A DNA stretch of 64,000 bases from Tubiluchus corallicola (taxonomy: Eukaryota; Animalia; Priapulida): the NCBI GenBank assembly GCA_030141605.1, contig JAQGDQ010000091.1, positions 372,001 through 436,000 on the forward strand. The letters are read 5' to 3'. Positions 43,019 to 55,679 of the stretch are shown here, one piece after another; within the stretch, counting starts at the first letter, position 1; each line of letters begins with the position of its first letter. Below the pieces are notes generated by a model. The model worked only from the letters and a program-made list of their open reading frames with translations, made no database searches and was not told the origin of the DNA. A program made the position numbers and the translations under genes.

Positions 43019-44599
43019 ATATATACATATAGCCTAGAATAGACTAGAATATATACATAATTTTTGGAGATACTCTTAGAAATTTTTAGTAGTGATATTT
43101 CGTGTTTAATTACCATAAACACAAACGAATTGCTTAAGACACCACAATATACCTGCAACACAGCTACTGAGAAACATATTCATTCGCACGGAATAATGAG
43201 TTTCTCTCTGCAAAAGAGTGCAAAACCTTGCAGACTTGAAATGAAGCCAATCACATGAGCATGTTGTCTGATATAGTGCTGTAATAAAGTAGGCTATCAT
43301 GACTGTAGCAAAAGAGTTGCCACATTGCCACAAAGCTTTTAATAATTTTTTAACAACATAACGTTAATAATAACAATAATGAAGTTGATGATGAAGACAA
43401 TCATGAGTATTATGATGACAAAGGCGGCGACATGAGGACAATGACAAGCAGCAGCCACAGCAGCAGCGACAACGGCAGTGGCAACGACAACAACAATGAC
43501 AACTGCCATAAGAACGTGGCACCTATGCGCTTCAGTAGGCGATAAAATTACACAATGTTATTGTAAGTATAACCTTCAGACTTCAGGTAAATTGATTATC
43601 CATTGATCGCATGGGAATCTAGCTTTCTACATTAGTTTTTAAATGTGCTGAGCAATCCATAAAACCAAATACACGGAGCTCTCATGTTACAACTGAAAAT
43701 TGCGTTAAAGCTATCTCGAGAGCTTTACGCCATTTAGACATATATACATTACATTTGCTTTCAGCAAGTAAAAATGTGATTTTACGGTGAGTTTATTGCC
43801 CATTGTATCATCATTAACAAATAGTGAACGATAAATTGGAGGTAAAATTCATATCTACCACTGTACACGTTTCGTATAGAAAAAATTTCTTTTATTAATA
43901 AGCATAAACGTAATAGACAGCATCAAAATTACGTATTCATTACTCGAATGTGCGCACTTGGAAATTTATTACCGAGTTTTTTGCACTTCGACTACGGATT
44001 CAACTGTGAATATTTTAATCGACGGCTGAGTTTCAAGAGAAACCTTCACTTTTGTGATTTATGAGAAAACATCACGTGATTTTCTGTTTGTCATTTCTCG
44101 GAAAAAAGATGGGGATAAATTATTACTCTTCGAAAAAAAGCCGTTTGTAAGCGAAAAATGGATTTTACATACAATTACATGGATGGTCAGCGTGTCATAA
44201 TGTTTGTGATAATTTTAATTTCAAAGGTCAAGATGAAGCTCAAAGCTAAAAACTCAAAGTTGAGTCTTATAATTATAAATACTGTATTGTACTGCTGACG
44301 AGCCCTCGTCATCGTAGAATAGCTCGGATTCTAAGCAGCCAAAACTGCACACGATCAGCATTATCACAAAGATGCAGAAGCGACCACTTGAAATCGTAGT
44401 TAAACAATTTTCTAGATAATGATAAATTTAAATGTCGAGTATTTCATTCAACTATAAGACATCACATATTCTACTTAGGACCTATAGAGTTTTAGATGCA
44501 AGAAGATTAAGGAGACCAATCAGAAGAGATGTCAAAAGAGCTGACCAATGGGAACAGGCATTTGGTTATGCGAATGAATTCATGAACGGAAAATTAAGT

Positions 44600-45458
44600 C
44601 ATAAGTCATTTATTTCACCATACACATTTACAATGATTACATATACAATATCTAGTGAAAGGGCCTACAATGGATATAATACAAATAAGAAATACTGCGC
44701 AGAAAAGCCTCAAACACTGTTCACTTATGCACGAAGGTAAATATTGTATTGTGTTGTGGGCAATCAAGAAGCAGGGCTTGTTAGATTGTCCCACACAGTG
44801 ATAGAAAAAAAATATGGAGATAATCTGAAAATTTAAAGTGAATCGCGATTAAAAAAAACATTAGTGCTTAAAATGGAATGACGTAATGAATGAAGCTCAT
44901 ATATGGGATGATATGAAAGATAGAAAGACTATTATTTTTTAATAATAACACCACTGTTTGGCAACTACTGTGACGATGGATACTGATAGAAATTTTTATT
45001 ACTCACTGATACTTACTTAAAATTTGATTTTTTAGCATTTTTTTAAATCTAGTAATAGATCTGCTATCTTTTGTGGATTGACAAATCTCATTCCAGACTT
45101 TTGGTCCTTGATATATTATAAAATGTTTAGCTATGTTGGTTCTACAGAAAGGCACAATGTATTGATTAAATCTTGTTTTATGTCTCTTAGATGTCAATTT
45201 GACAGGAATTGCAAAAAACTTAGGAAATAGTCTATTATTGCATTTATACATGAATACTGCAATATTAAATTTAATTAAATCATCTAAATGCATAATTCTA
45301 CATTCACGGTAATGAAGTAAAGGTACTTCACTACGTTTCTGTAGGCCATACATTAACCTTAAAAATTTTCGTTGCAACGTTTTTAAGCATTTCAGTTTAG
45401 ATGGATATGTGGGGCCCCAAATAATGCTGCAGTAATTGAGATAAGGTAAAACCAGGTA
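44600..45458 (-). mobile_element. 5'-truncated L2/CR1-group LINE (ORF2 C-terminus and 3' UTR)
   Basis: Open frame YLVLPYLNYCSIIWGPT..LQRKFLRL..FMYKC..RTNIAKHFIIYQGPKVWNEI..SITRFKKMLK (45458->45003) is the typical post-RT C-terminus of this LINE group; 3' boundary approximate. Confidence 0.85.
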
Positions 45459-45629
45459 ATTACGTTTGAGTATTTGAATTTAGAGGGTTGTTTGATTTGA
45501 TATGCTAAAATGTTTGGTTACATTTGACTGAGTTCGCTTGCCATATATTCGAGACAGGCAGAAGTTGTGAGAATGGCGTGAAAAGGTGCCTACAGCACAG
45601 TCTAAGCAACTCTTAATTCATTTTTATAA

Positions 45630-45895
45630 ACATATATAAATGCCTAGATATTTTATGGTGTGCCAAAACAAACCAAGTAAAGTGTCTAAAATAGTTTCTT
45701 CTACACGTTTCCTAGGCCTTACATATAATGCAAAAGTTGTCTAGATTTTGTGGAACGTTGAGTAACCTTTAGTTATTGTTAAATGAAACAAATGCTCAAT
45801 AGTTTTTTATATACATTTCCTAGGCATCTTATATAATGGCAAATATATTTTAGGGAATGTGTGAAATAAGTTATGTTTCACAACGTGCCAGGAAG
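45630..45895. repeat. Dispersed repeat (CCTAGG-module family), copy B, inverted relative to copy A
   Basis: tgccaaaacaaaccaagtaaagtgtctaaaatagtttcttctacacgtttcctagg aligns to the reverse complement of 24976-25032. Confidence 0.75.
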
Positions 45896-46089
45896 TTAGT
45901 CTGGTAAATACACTGGTTCATGCGTTCGTTGGCCTTTTCTTGGGTCCAAGCCCCCTGGGTCACTTACCTACGTGCCAAAGCGGTCATTGTCCATGTTGCC
46001 TACGTGACCAAGACTACCTGTGTTCAAACGTTTTGTAGCAAAGCATCGTGTGTCCAAATGTCTGTGTCGAAATGTCTGCACACTTGCTC

Positions 46090-46390
46090 TCCTTCTGTGG
46101 AGATGACGTTGATGGCTTAGGTAACCAATTCTTGCACTAAACATGTCATGACACAGACGGCATTCAAAAGTTGGTGAGGGATATTTGAGCTGAAGAAATG
46201 TCCTGTCCAATGAAAACAGTCACTGACAGTCTAATGACTATCTTCATTGTGGTTTCGTCATGGTGCAATCGATGCTCTGGTTGATTACTCGTTCGAGTAT
46301 GGTGATGTTAGTGATGTACTAGTCGCATTCGAATTATTTGTTGTCAGGATAATAGAGAGCCCAAGTTCTGCCAGTTTCATTTTTTATCTT
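46090..46390 (-). mobile_element. Degraded RTE-clade LINE 3' fragment
   Basis: FECRLCHDMFSARIGYLSHQRHLH is the C-terminal C2H2 motif of RTE/BovB-type ORFs; upstream ITNITILERVINQSID resembles RTE ITNxEVLxRAxxxSI. Confidence 0.7.
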
Positions 46391-46730
46391 TCCCAAGTTT
46401 CTTAAAGACCACACGAGCTGCTCCAATTCGACGTTCTGTACTTTATTCAGAAGTACATTTATTGGAGAGCAAGGTACGGAAAGTGGTCCACTCGTCAAGC
46501 GGCTTGTCAGACGTGGTGATGTTGCACTCATTGTCAATAAAACAACTTACTCGCTGCTGAACTTGAACTGCTTACTTAGCTTAAAACATTGAGTAAGTCG
46601 TTTTATGCATTTTATACATTCGCTAATGTAAAATATTTACGAAAAGTTAAGATTAATAACGAGTTATGTTCATTTCCAAGAAAAATGAAATTTTTGCTTT
46701 AGAAAAATCAAAATTAGCAAATTTCGTAAA

Positions 46731-46849
<119 letters not shown>

Positions 46850-48673
46850 CAAATTTAGTTCACCAGAAGCCGTACCGCTTGTACAATTGCATTTTTTTCG
46901 AGCGTACTGCACAAATTTCTACTTTTCTGCCACCTGGCGGCATTAAAATTTGTACAACTTTTCTAATTGAAAGATGTAGATTTGCAAACAGTAACAATTG
47001 TAATATTAAATAAATTTTGTGTAATGATGCAAACCTGAGCTCACCTATTCGGTGTAATATCGAATTATTACTATTTACTAGACACATAGACATAATATAT
47101 TGTAAATATATTTGTAACTCATTACAACAACCTTTGTTTCTTGAAAAGGAAACTGCTTTGTTCACAATTTTTGTACAATCAGTTTTCGTACAGTGCGTAG
47201 TGTGAACCACTGTTAGATGTCGATTAATCCAATCAGAGTAGCGTTTCACATCAAAATGAAGGCTTGGAGTACTAAATCCTTAAGCTTCTTCAGGATTAAT
47301 TCATGGTTTAACGGAAAGACGCATAAACGATGTTTTTTTATGTTGGTCGTGGTCTTTCCGAGATCATCTTTGCTTGCGCAGTTTTTTGCTTCTTTGCTTT
47401 TTTCCTCTATTTTGCTGTGCCTGTCATTTCTTTCGATCTTTCTCACTCACGAACTATTTCTCTCTTCTCCTCCTCTCTTTCCTTCCCCCCCCCTCTCTCT
47501 CTCTCTTTCTAATTCTGTCTCTGAAAACCACATTATCATAGCCAGTGTGCAGGCAGGTATGAGTCGTGATATTTTGCAATAATTTAAGCATTAATTAGTT
47601 ACTGTTGCCCATATATCTAAAATATGAACTATATCGAGAAGTGAATCACATATTGATTCTACTGGAACGGGATCCCGAGAGCTTGGGGTTGTTGCGTGTT
47701 TGCAACGCTTGATCAAACACTAATCATCCTCTAATGAATCTCAAGCAGGCAGGTCGATTCCAATTAATTACACTTACACAATGAGCACGGTCTGAAGCGT
47801 ATTTACACATGATACACAAATGTCAGATTGCAGAGAGTCTAAAGAGACGCCAAGAGAGCTTTCCGAGCTGAGCTAATCACGACAGACCTTAAATATTACC
47901 AGTGCGGGGTATAAACGAAATAATTTAGTCCGGTTTAGACATCGGTAAATTGGAAGATGAGGAAACTCTGAATCTGCTTTAAACCTTGATAAAACTTTAA
48001 GCCATTTTCACACCTGCTGCCCAATAATAATTGCGTGCTCTTGCGCCTTTGAACTGAGGCTAATGGAATATTGGCGAAGTAATCTAATTTCAGCAAGAAC
48101 AATTGGCACTGACTGAGGGACATTGTGCGACTTCAAATGTTGTATACGAGTAATTTCCTTGTGAATAGACAACAAAAATTAATGTAAATGTCAACGTGAC
48201 AGTTAGCATAATAATCACAAAAAACAAAGATCGTTAAAAGTATTGGGAATAATGCAAACTTACATTAAAGGTGTGTTTATTTCAGCATTTCAGCTATAAT
48301 TATTATAAATTAACAAAAACAGTGATTAATAATGATTAATAAAAACATTAATTAATTAAGCTATAAAAGGTAGCTTATTGAAAAATTGCGGGCCTACTAA
48401 TAATAACAATATTAGTACGTAGTATAACAGCAATTTAAAAATAACAGAACTCAACGCCAATTCTACGTTTTGATAACATTTTTAATTATAACGTAATTTT
48501 TTATTGTTTTATCTGCTTTTGCGCTTTTTATATCATTATTTAACAACTGTATAAATCAAAACAACTGTATAAAGATTTACTGATTAAGGTCAAAGTCACA
48601 TTAGATCAGCTAAATATTAATATCTAATACAGCCTACACACGAAAATCATAGATTCTGATAAATTTAACCTAC

Positions 48674-48904
48674 CTTTCCAGACGAGTCTCTTCTGTTGAC
48701 CTCTTCACTTGTTAGTTCATCATTTTTAAGCATTTCATAAACTGCCATTTCATTGCTTTCAATGCAAGCATGCAAAAAGTTGCAACTTGGGTTTGTAATT
48801 TTTTCTTTTCCACAGTCATCTTCAGACTGATGTGACGAAACAAACTCACCATCCATGTGTGGGTGACTTGCATCACAATTTAAGTAGGCGCATCGCGAAG
48901 GCAT
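48674..48904 (-). CDS. ANKRD33B: ANKRD33B-like ankyrin repeat protein, coding exon 1 of 5
   Basis: In-frame ATGs at 48904 and 48856; ...FLHACIESNEMAVYEML..EEVNRRDSSGK is the first ankyrin repeat; donor AAG|GTAGGT (phase 0). Confidence 0.8.
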
Positions 48905-51900
48905 CAAGGAGAGAACTTAGTGCACTGTTTTTGTCAGTTCAGGAGATTTAATAAGTTCTCACTAAAAGAGTTCTTTTAGATTCTCTATTTAGTATCAATT
49001 CGTAAAGCATACAAAATTTTTAATTGGTTAACAAGTACTGGAGAAGTGCCATCCGGCAAATAAAGAGTTGAAATACACTCAAATGCCACATACAGGCGCG
49101 TCTGATATAGTCGGATGTCTAATTGTACGGAAGATTTGTAGCAAAATCTCCACAAGCGCTCTATAGCTTTGTCAAGATTCGAGATAGTAAGTAGAGAGAG
49201 TCAATAATGTGGAAATTTCCCCGCTAAGCATTGAACACAAATGAACACCTTTGAAGCAGCATCTAGCTCACGCGAGATGTGATTCATATAGATTCTTGCC
49301 ACTGTGCCGTATGCACGCGCACACACTGATAATGCGGGCAAGGATCGGGGATAATAGACCGGGAGCCCAAACTCAAAATAACGCCAGGCAAATGAGTTTC
49401 GTTCGCTCAGTCTGGAGACCAGTTTTTACCCATGTTATATGAATGAGGGTGCTTACTGCCTAGGTGGCAGCACTAATTTTCAGGGAGACCTTGTGAGTGG
49501 TACGGGTCATTTGTGGGACCTCCCCAAAAACCCGTGTTAATGCAAATTTCTGCACGGCAAGCAAGAGGCTATTTCATGTTGCATCCACGTAGGCATTGAA
49601 CATTTACGTTGCCTAGTGTTATTCTACGGAACATTGTGTTCATTTGCTTAGTAGTAGAAAAAAATTTGAATGGCCCATCATGACGTAATGCCCTAAAAGT
49701 TGTCTCATCTCAGAATAGCCCAAAAAACATGTTTACTGAAACCCTGTTTATTTTTCTGGACTAATTTGCTTTTCTTCAGTAAATTTTTATCTATACAGTG
49801 TACTATTCTCGACGTGGCTGTATAAAATTCCAGTATCAGTGGCTATTCAGAGCGGGGCACTAGTTGGGCAGGGGGCATTTTATGAAGCCACTCCCAAAAA
49901 GGCACGCTTGATTAAATGTACTTATATTCAAATGTAATGGTTTTAATTTCACTACACTCCAACATTACACCACTTACTCGCGGTAGTGCGATGTAAATAA
50001 TAACAGTGCTTGCTAAAGTAGTACATTGCATCATTTTTGCAGGACAATTGTGGCCCATTTGTGATGCCCCCGTTCCATTCGACCATAGCCAAAAATATGT
50101 CAGGCTTTTCACGTGTCTTTTTTTTAATTTTATCAGCTTAAATCTTTCCAGTTTATGCAATGAATAATGTTTGTTCTCATGAGCTAAGGCACTCAAGCAT
50201 GGTGCTCATGCATGAATGAGGTACCTATTTTCGCTATATTTCGCTATAATATGTCCCACATAGGTTAGTCCTATTTAACAGTGTCATTGTTGGCGTTTTT
50301 ATGAGTGCCTAGTGTCGTCAAGCCTAGGTTACCATACATGGCTGAAAACGTAATATGTTAATCGCATAAACTGGTTGCCATTGTTACTGTTTACCTTGGC
50401 AACGTCACTGGTAACTAGGTTAGATCTGGAAAATAGTTTGTGGAAACCTTAATAGTTCTTATTATTGTATGAACCAAAGTATACAAATGTAGGAAGTAGA
50501 AATCTTTTACTGCACAGCATTCGCGTAGTTAGTGTGCCCTAGCGGTAGAGCTTTACGGGACTGTTGTTGTCAGGTACGTTATCGCGCAAGCTGCTCGCGC
50601 GCCGGTATGCGGCACACGGTCTGATGATGTGGCTTCACCAAAACCACCCCAGTCGAAAGGGGCTCATTACAAATAAAAACTCTAAAATATCTTTTTTTAA
50701 ATTTCCCGAGGATGCAGCCAGGTAATTATATCAAAATGTTAATTATAACACAGCTTTGTTACAAATTAAATATTTGTACACTAAGCAAAGACTGCAAGGC
50801 CTACATCTGATGATTTATAGCAGCTGTGATATTTTTGAATATTATTTAAAACAAAAATTAAGGCCCTAAGAATAATTATTAGTTAAAATAAAAACTGTTT
50901 GATATTAATAAAATAAAGTGTTATATTCATATCCCATGAAAATTAATAGGCTTATTTACAAAAGAAGTTAAGAAAGTTGATCATAGAGAAAGTTTGCAAA
51001 TACCTGCTCGTGTATTATTCTATTCATGGAGAAATATTTTTCCAAAAAACATTTCCATTTGACATGTTTTTGCCAGAAAATATAGCTTGAAAAATATTAA
51101 ACCTCACTTTTATGTGTAATAAACCTTTCATAGAAAAGATGGGATTTTTTTCAGGAGAGCAAATAATTACTTCAGAAAAAACTGATCTAAGCATCTGCAC
51201 GTTTTATTAATTTCGAGTTAAAATGTGTTTAAAAAGCATATAATCGTACATTGATCTAGACGTCACTTATATTTAGCCTAATTTTTTAAGGTTCAGTTAG
51301 GCTTACGTCAAAAAAAATATCAATTAAATACAGTTTGTTTACGTGTAAAAAATATACCTGTTCAATGTGGTTACACCTATAGTCTGTCTTATTAGTTTTG
51401 ATAAAGTCTTGATAAATAATTTATTTATTGTTACACTTAAATTAATATAACTGATTTTATATAGGCCTAACTGCCAAAGGCAATTAATTAGTATTGTTAA
51501 ATATAAGGCCTAGCTTCATAGGATCTCTGTATGTAATAATGCACACATGTATATGAGTATTTCTATTTGTTTTAATCATTGCTATTGCTGAATGCACAAG
51601 ATGTAAGCAGTAGCTGCAGTGAATAATGAAGTATGACATACCGCGTCACCCACGAGGTAGTGAAAATAGTCAATAACGGACATTCCCGGATTTTCCGCAC
51701 AAGTCTAGCTTGCGACTTGCTTTAAGTTACCTGGAGAAAGATGTAGAATGGCTCATTTTTGGAAGTGGTTTGCGAATTGGACTTGCGGAAATCGCTGAAC
51801 AAGATGAATAAGACATGCTTTCTCTTATCACGCAAAAGTACATTGTCAGTTTAGGTCAATGCCCCCACCTCAATACGATGGCCAAAGGGACCTCCAGAAT

Positions 51901-51919
51901 AGCACTTTCTAAGACTTTC

Positions 51920-51951
<32 letters not shown>

Positions 51952-52895
51952 AGAAAGGACATGTCCTATGTCCTATGTCCTAATATATATATATAATATG
52001 CCTTTTGGATGATTTTAGAGAGCCCTAACTTCGAATATCGATGTCCCCACATCCGAAACACTACATCCCATATGGGGACAAAATGGCGCTAGCAATAAAA
52101 CCTCAACGCGCGACTCACAAACTATAAAAGTTTGGTTACTTTTCAGGTTCAAAATGCATTTATAGTGTTTTCCGAATTTCAATTTTCGTAGAGACGGCTT
52201 GTGTAATTGGTGCTAGTCAGTTAGACTGCATGACTTATTTCGACAAGCCTTTCTGACGATGCAAACCTCTGAGATGATAATTAACCTGAAGCTCATTTAA
52301 GGACAAAGAATTATACGCAATATGAAGGATTATCCGAACCTTGACTGACGTTAGACCTCCTCAACCTTCACAACAAGATAATGATGTCATCATGAAGTGT
52401 CCCTGATTCTAAAATGACGATTTGACCTTTTTCTTGGTTAAATAAACACTTTTTTGTGTCAGTCTAAACTCCCTCAAAACATGTTTCACGCCAATAAAAT
52501 TCAGATTGCACTTACATGCGAGCGAATTAAACTAGCAAGCGACTTAAACTAGGTTATAAGTGCTCACTTGCAAGTTGCAAATAATTATGCGTTATCTTAC
52601 TTTTGTAGCAGAAGTGAAATTTTAAAATGAAGAAGAAAACAAGTCTAGCGCTTATATTTGCCTATATATTTACTCCACATAGCAAAATATATTGATGCTG
52701 ATTATTAGCGACATGAATAAAAAGCGCATTAATATTATCTTCGGGTGCAACCCGTGCATGAAGCTGCCCTAAAACAAGCAGTAATGATTTGCGGAAGTTC
52801 AAATGCTATTGTTTTTGGTTTGTTATGCAATTAGAAGAACGCGGGTTGAATATTAATAATCAATCGCCACGGACGCGGCAAGAAGGGTTGCTAAA

Positions 52896-52902
52896 ATGAA
52901 AG
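52896..52902 (+). CDS. Unassigned secreted TSP1-like/basic-tail protein, coding exon 1 of 4 (ATG AAA G)
   Basis: aaaATG context followed by a consensus donor AAG|GTAAG; phase 1 fits exon 2. Confidence 0.65.
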
Positions 52903-53010
52903 GTAAGGTTCAATCTTAACTAATCGTTTAGTTCAACTATCATTTTCAGTCTTCGTCTATTCAGTGATTAAAATGATTTTTTTATATATTTCGGTACTAT
53001 TGTTTTTTAG

Positions 53011-53045
53011 GCGAAGCTATCATTGCAGTTTTTTGTTCAATATTG
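53011..53045 (+). CDS. Unassigned secreted TSP1-like/basic-tail protein, exon 2 (signal peptide core)
   Basis: Acceptor tgttttttag|GC; (G)EAIIAVFCSIL; donor TTG|GTAAG (phase 0). Confidence 0.75.
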
Positions 53046-53099
53046 GTAAGTCATTTGATTTAGTCATTATTTACTTTGTCATTTACTAGTTATGTCAAA

Positions 53100-53265
53100 T
53101 AATTCGTTAACTGAATCTGAGAGGTTGTGGGTTCGACACCACCTACTGTTGCCCGTCTGACGCTTTAAAGGTGGCAGTGCTTATGTAAAATTTTACTCGA
53201 ATGCCGATTTTAAATAATAATACTATTACAAAATTATTATGGGTTATTATTATTATTATTATTAC

Positions 53266-53362
<97 letters not shown>
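53100..53362 (+). mobile_element. Probable tRNA-derived SINE remnant with (ATT)n tail
   Basis: B box GGTTCGACACC near 53130, then a short body, then (ATT)n at 53243-53362. Confidence 0.45.
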
Positions 53363-54344
53363 TATACCCGCCAGTGTAGGCCTATTAGACAAATACTGAT
53401 CCTTTGAAAATGTTGGATGTCATATTTTATGGCAGATAAAGAAATTCTGATGTTTTAGGCGTTTCTCGAGTATTATCAAGTTATAATTATGGTAGGTTGG
53501 TTTCTTTTATGGTGTCATATGATCTTTTGACTTCTATGCATTGGTGCAAATTTGTCTTCTACAAAAATCTAACTAGCCATTGCATAGTTATTTAAAGATA
53601 ATGTTTTAAAAACTTGACTTTTTGCGTCTTTGTTGTCTTTTTTTATAATTATCGACAACTAACTACAACCTAATGGTCCCAACTTCAAGAAGATCGCTAA
53701 AAACAAGACACTTCATATCATCCTTATCACTAGCCATCCTGTACCTTTTCATGGACCTGAATTAACAATTTCACTTTTTAACATTTTCACTGTAAATCCT
53801 TAAAGGGCAAGAAAACGTTATATACATGTGGGTTGCAAACAATTCACACTGAAAAGTTATATCACCTAGCGTCAGTCTAATAGGTATATAATACTCTCTT
53901 GCAGAGAGATACCTCTTTGTTTTCAGTTTGAACGGGCTCGCTCAACCGCCTATTCTTCGCCATTAGTTGACGTAATCGACTCACCCTAGTTATCTTCGAA
54001 AAGCGCAGTAACTGCGGCGGATTTGAAGATACTGCACATTGCGCGACAACGCATGCATTTTTTCGCCATTTAAAGCCGAAAGTGTTGCATTAATTTTTTC
54101 ATTGATCTGCAAACGTGAGTATTACATACAAATAAGACCTTAGAAATGTCTGGTCTTTTCTTGTCCTTTAAGTTGAGCGGCCACTGGCGTGAATCTATTA
54201 TTACACTCGATTATCTGAAGATCTGACAATTACTGATTAACTAGTCCAACCGCAATTTAACGCAAAAAGTTGACCCAGAGGCATTTCAACACTGTCATTA
54301 AGTGTGCAACGTTTAATTTTTTGTACTTATTTTTCACTCTTTAG

Positions 54345-54602
54345 GCGATTTCTCTCGCACAATACAAACAGTACCAAGAAGACAGATTTTATGCACGAGG
54401 TAGTGATCAAATTCAACAAGGTGTGGAAAAAAATGGCCGACACTCTAGTAGTGGAGCTCATAGGAAAAAGGATCAACGGGGAACATTAATAATAAGGAAC
54501 AGCGTTCGAAATGATGAATGTTTGGGGCGTCCGGTCATATGTGGATCATTTAAAACGCATTCCTGTACAGAGTCTACATGTATGGCTGGAGCAGGAATAC
54601 AG
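54345..54602 (+). CDS. Unassigned secreted TSP1-like/basic-tail protein, exon 3
   Basis: Acceptor ttcactctttag|; 86 open codons AISLAQYKQ...ECLGRPVICGSFKTHSCTESTCMAGAGIQ; donor CAG|GTATT (phase 0). Confidence 0.8.
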
Positions 54603-55247
54603 GTATTAGGGCCTATATGTTCAGGGTGATAATTCTTTATTTCAAAAAAATATGTATGAATTAAGTGACAAAGTGACAATGTTGATGGTGTGCTTGGTAT
54701 TCTTTTTTATATGCTAACTAGTTTATATTTTGATATTCGTTCCTTATACAAGAAAGATTTTTTCCTATTGTGGCTATAGATTTTTTTGATGAAATACCTT
54801 TTCATTTAAACTATTTTGTCTAGTCTTATACTGTGTTGTATTGCATTGCTTTGTAGTGTCTTCTCTTCTTTTGTCTTGTCCGATCTTGTCCTGTACTGTC
54901 CTGTCCTGTTTTGCCTAACCTATTTCTTCCGTGCTCTGATCCACCAGATTTGAGCTGTCCCACCAAATCCCATCAGCGTCAGTTTCGCTATGATGGTTAT
55001 ACTCAATTTTACATCACAGAGATACTCAAATTGTCATTTTAAGACGAGCAACAGGAAATACAATACTTATTATATTCAAGTCTTAAAAAAATTGCAATTA
55101 CTTTGAAATGACTTGAAATTGAAATTGCGGTTAAAAATAATTTCTGTTTGTCTTCGTAAATTTTTGTTAATACATTCAACTGTTTAAAAAACTAGTACTT
55201 TGTTGATGAAGACTTTATCTCATTCTGTTTTAATGTTTGTGTTTCAG

Positions 55248-55679
55248 CTTCAAACCCGCCAATGTTACTGCACCGCTGCAAACGGCACAAGAATGTATGC
55301 AACACAACAAGTTTGCGATGAGCATCTTGAACGTTTTCCAAACGGCAGTCCGCAGTACTGCACGTTCAAAATTAGTATTTGCAATGACCCAGCTTTCGAT
55401 ATTAAATCGTGTCCCCCAGTAGCTTCGGCATCCACCATCAGAACAGGGCTATCATCTGCAGAAATTCAGAAAAGAAACGCCAGAAAGAGACAAAAAGAGG
55501 CCAGAAAGAAACAGCGGCAACTGCAAAGACAGCAAGCAAAACTCCGGCGTCAGACGAACCGGCAAAATCAAGTAGCAGGCAATCAAGTTTCTAGAAGCGG
55601 TGGCTCTGCAGTGGGTTATGGAAATTCCCGCAAGACGTCGTCATATGCTTTTCTTAACGAAAGACGCGATAGTCAATGA
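55248..55679 (+). CDS. Unassigned secreted TSP1-like/basic-tail protein, exon 4 (Cys-rich half-domain, basic tail, stop)
   Basis: Acceptor gtgtttcag|; LQTRQCYC...VCDEH...YC..ICNDP..SCPP then KRNARKRQKEARKKQRQLQRQQAKLRRQ; TGA at 55679; AATAAA at 55819. Confidence 0.85.
   Translation, partial: LQTRQCYCTAANGTRMYATQQVCDEHLERFPNGSPQYCTFKISICNDPAFDIKSCPPVASASTIRTGLSSAEIQKRNARKRQKEARKKQRQLQRQQAKLRRQTNRQNQVAGNQVSRSGGSAVGYGNSRKTSSYAFLNERRDSQ

Noticed and set aside
50621-50668. Hammerhead (CTGATGA...GAAA) or RNase MRP (GGGGCTCATT) call
   Set aside because: Stem II does not abut GAAA and stems I and III have no partners; no upstream GAAAGTCCCC for the MRP P4 helix.
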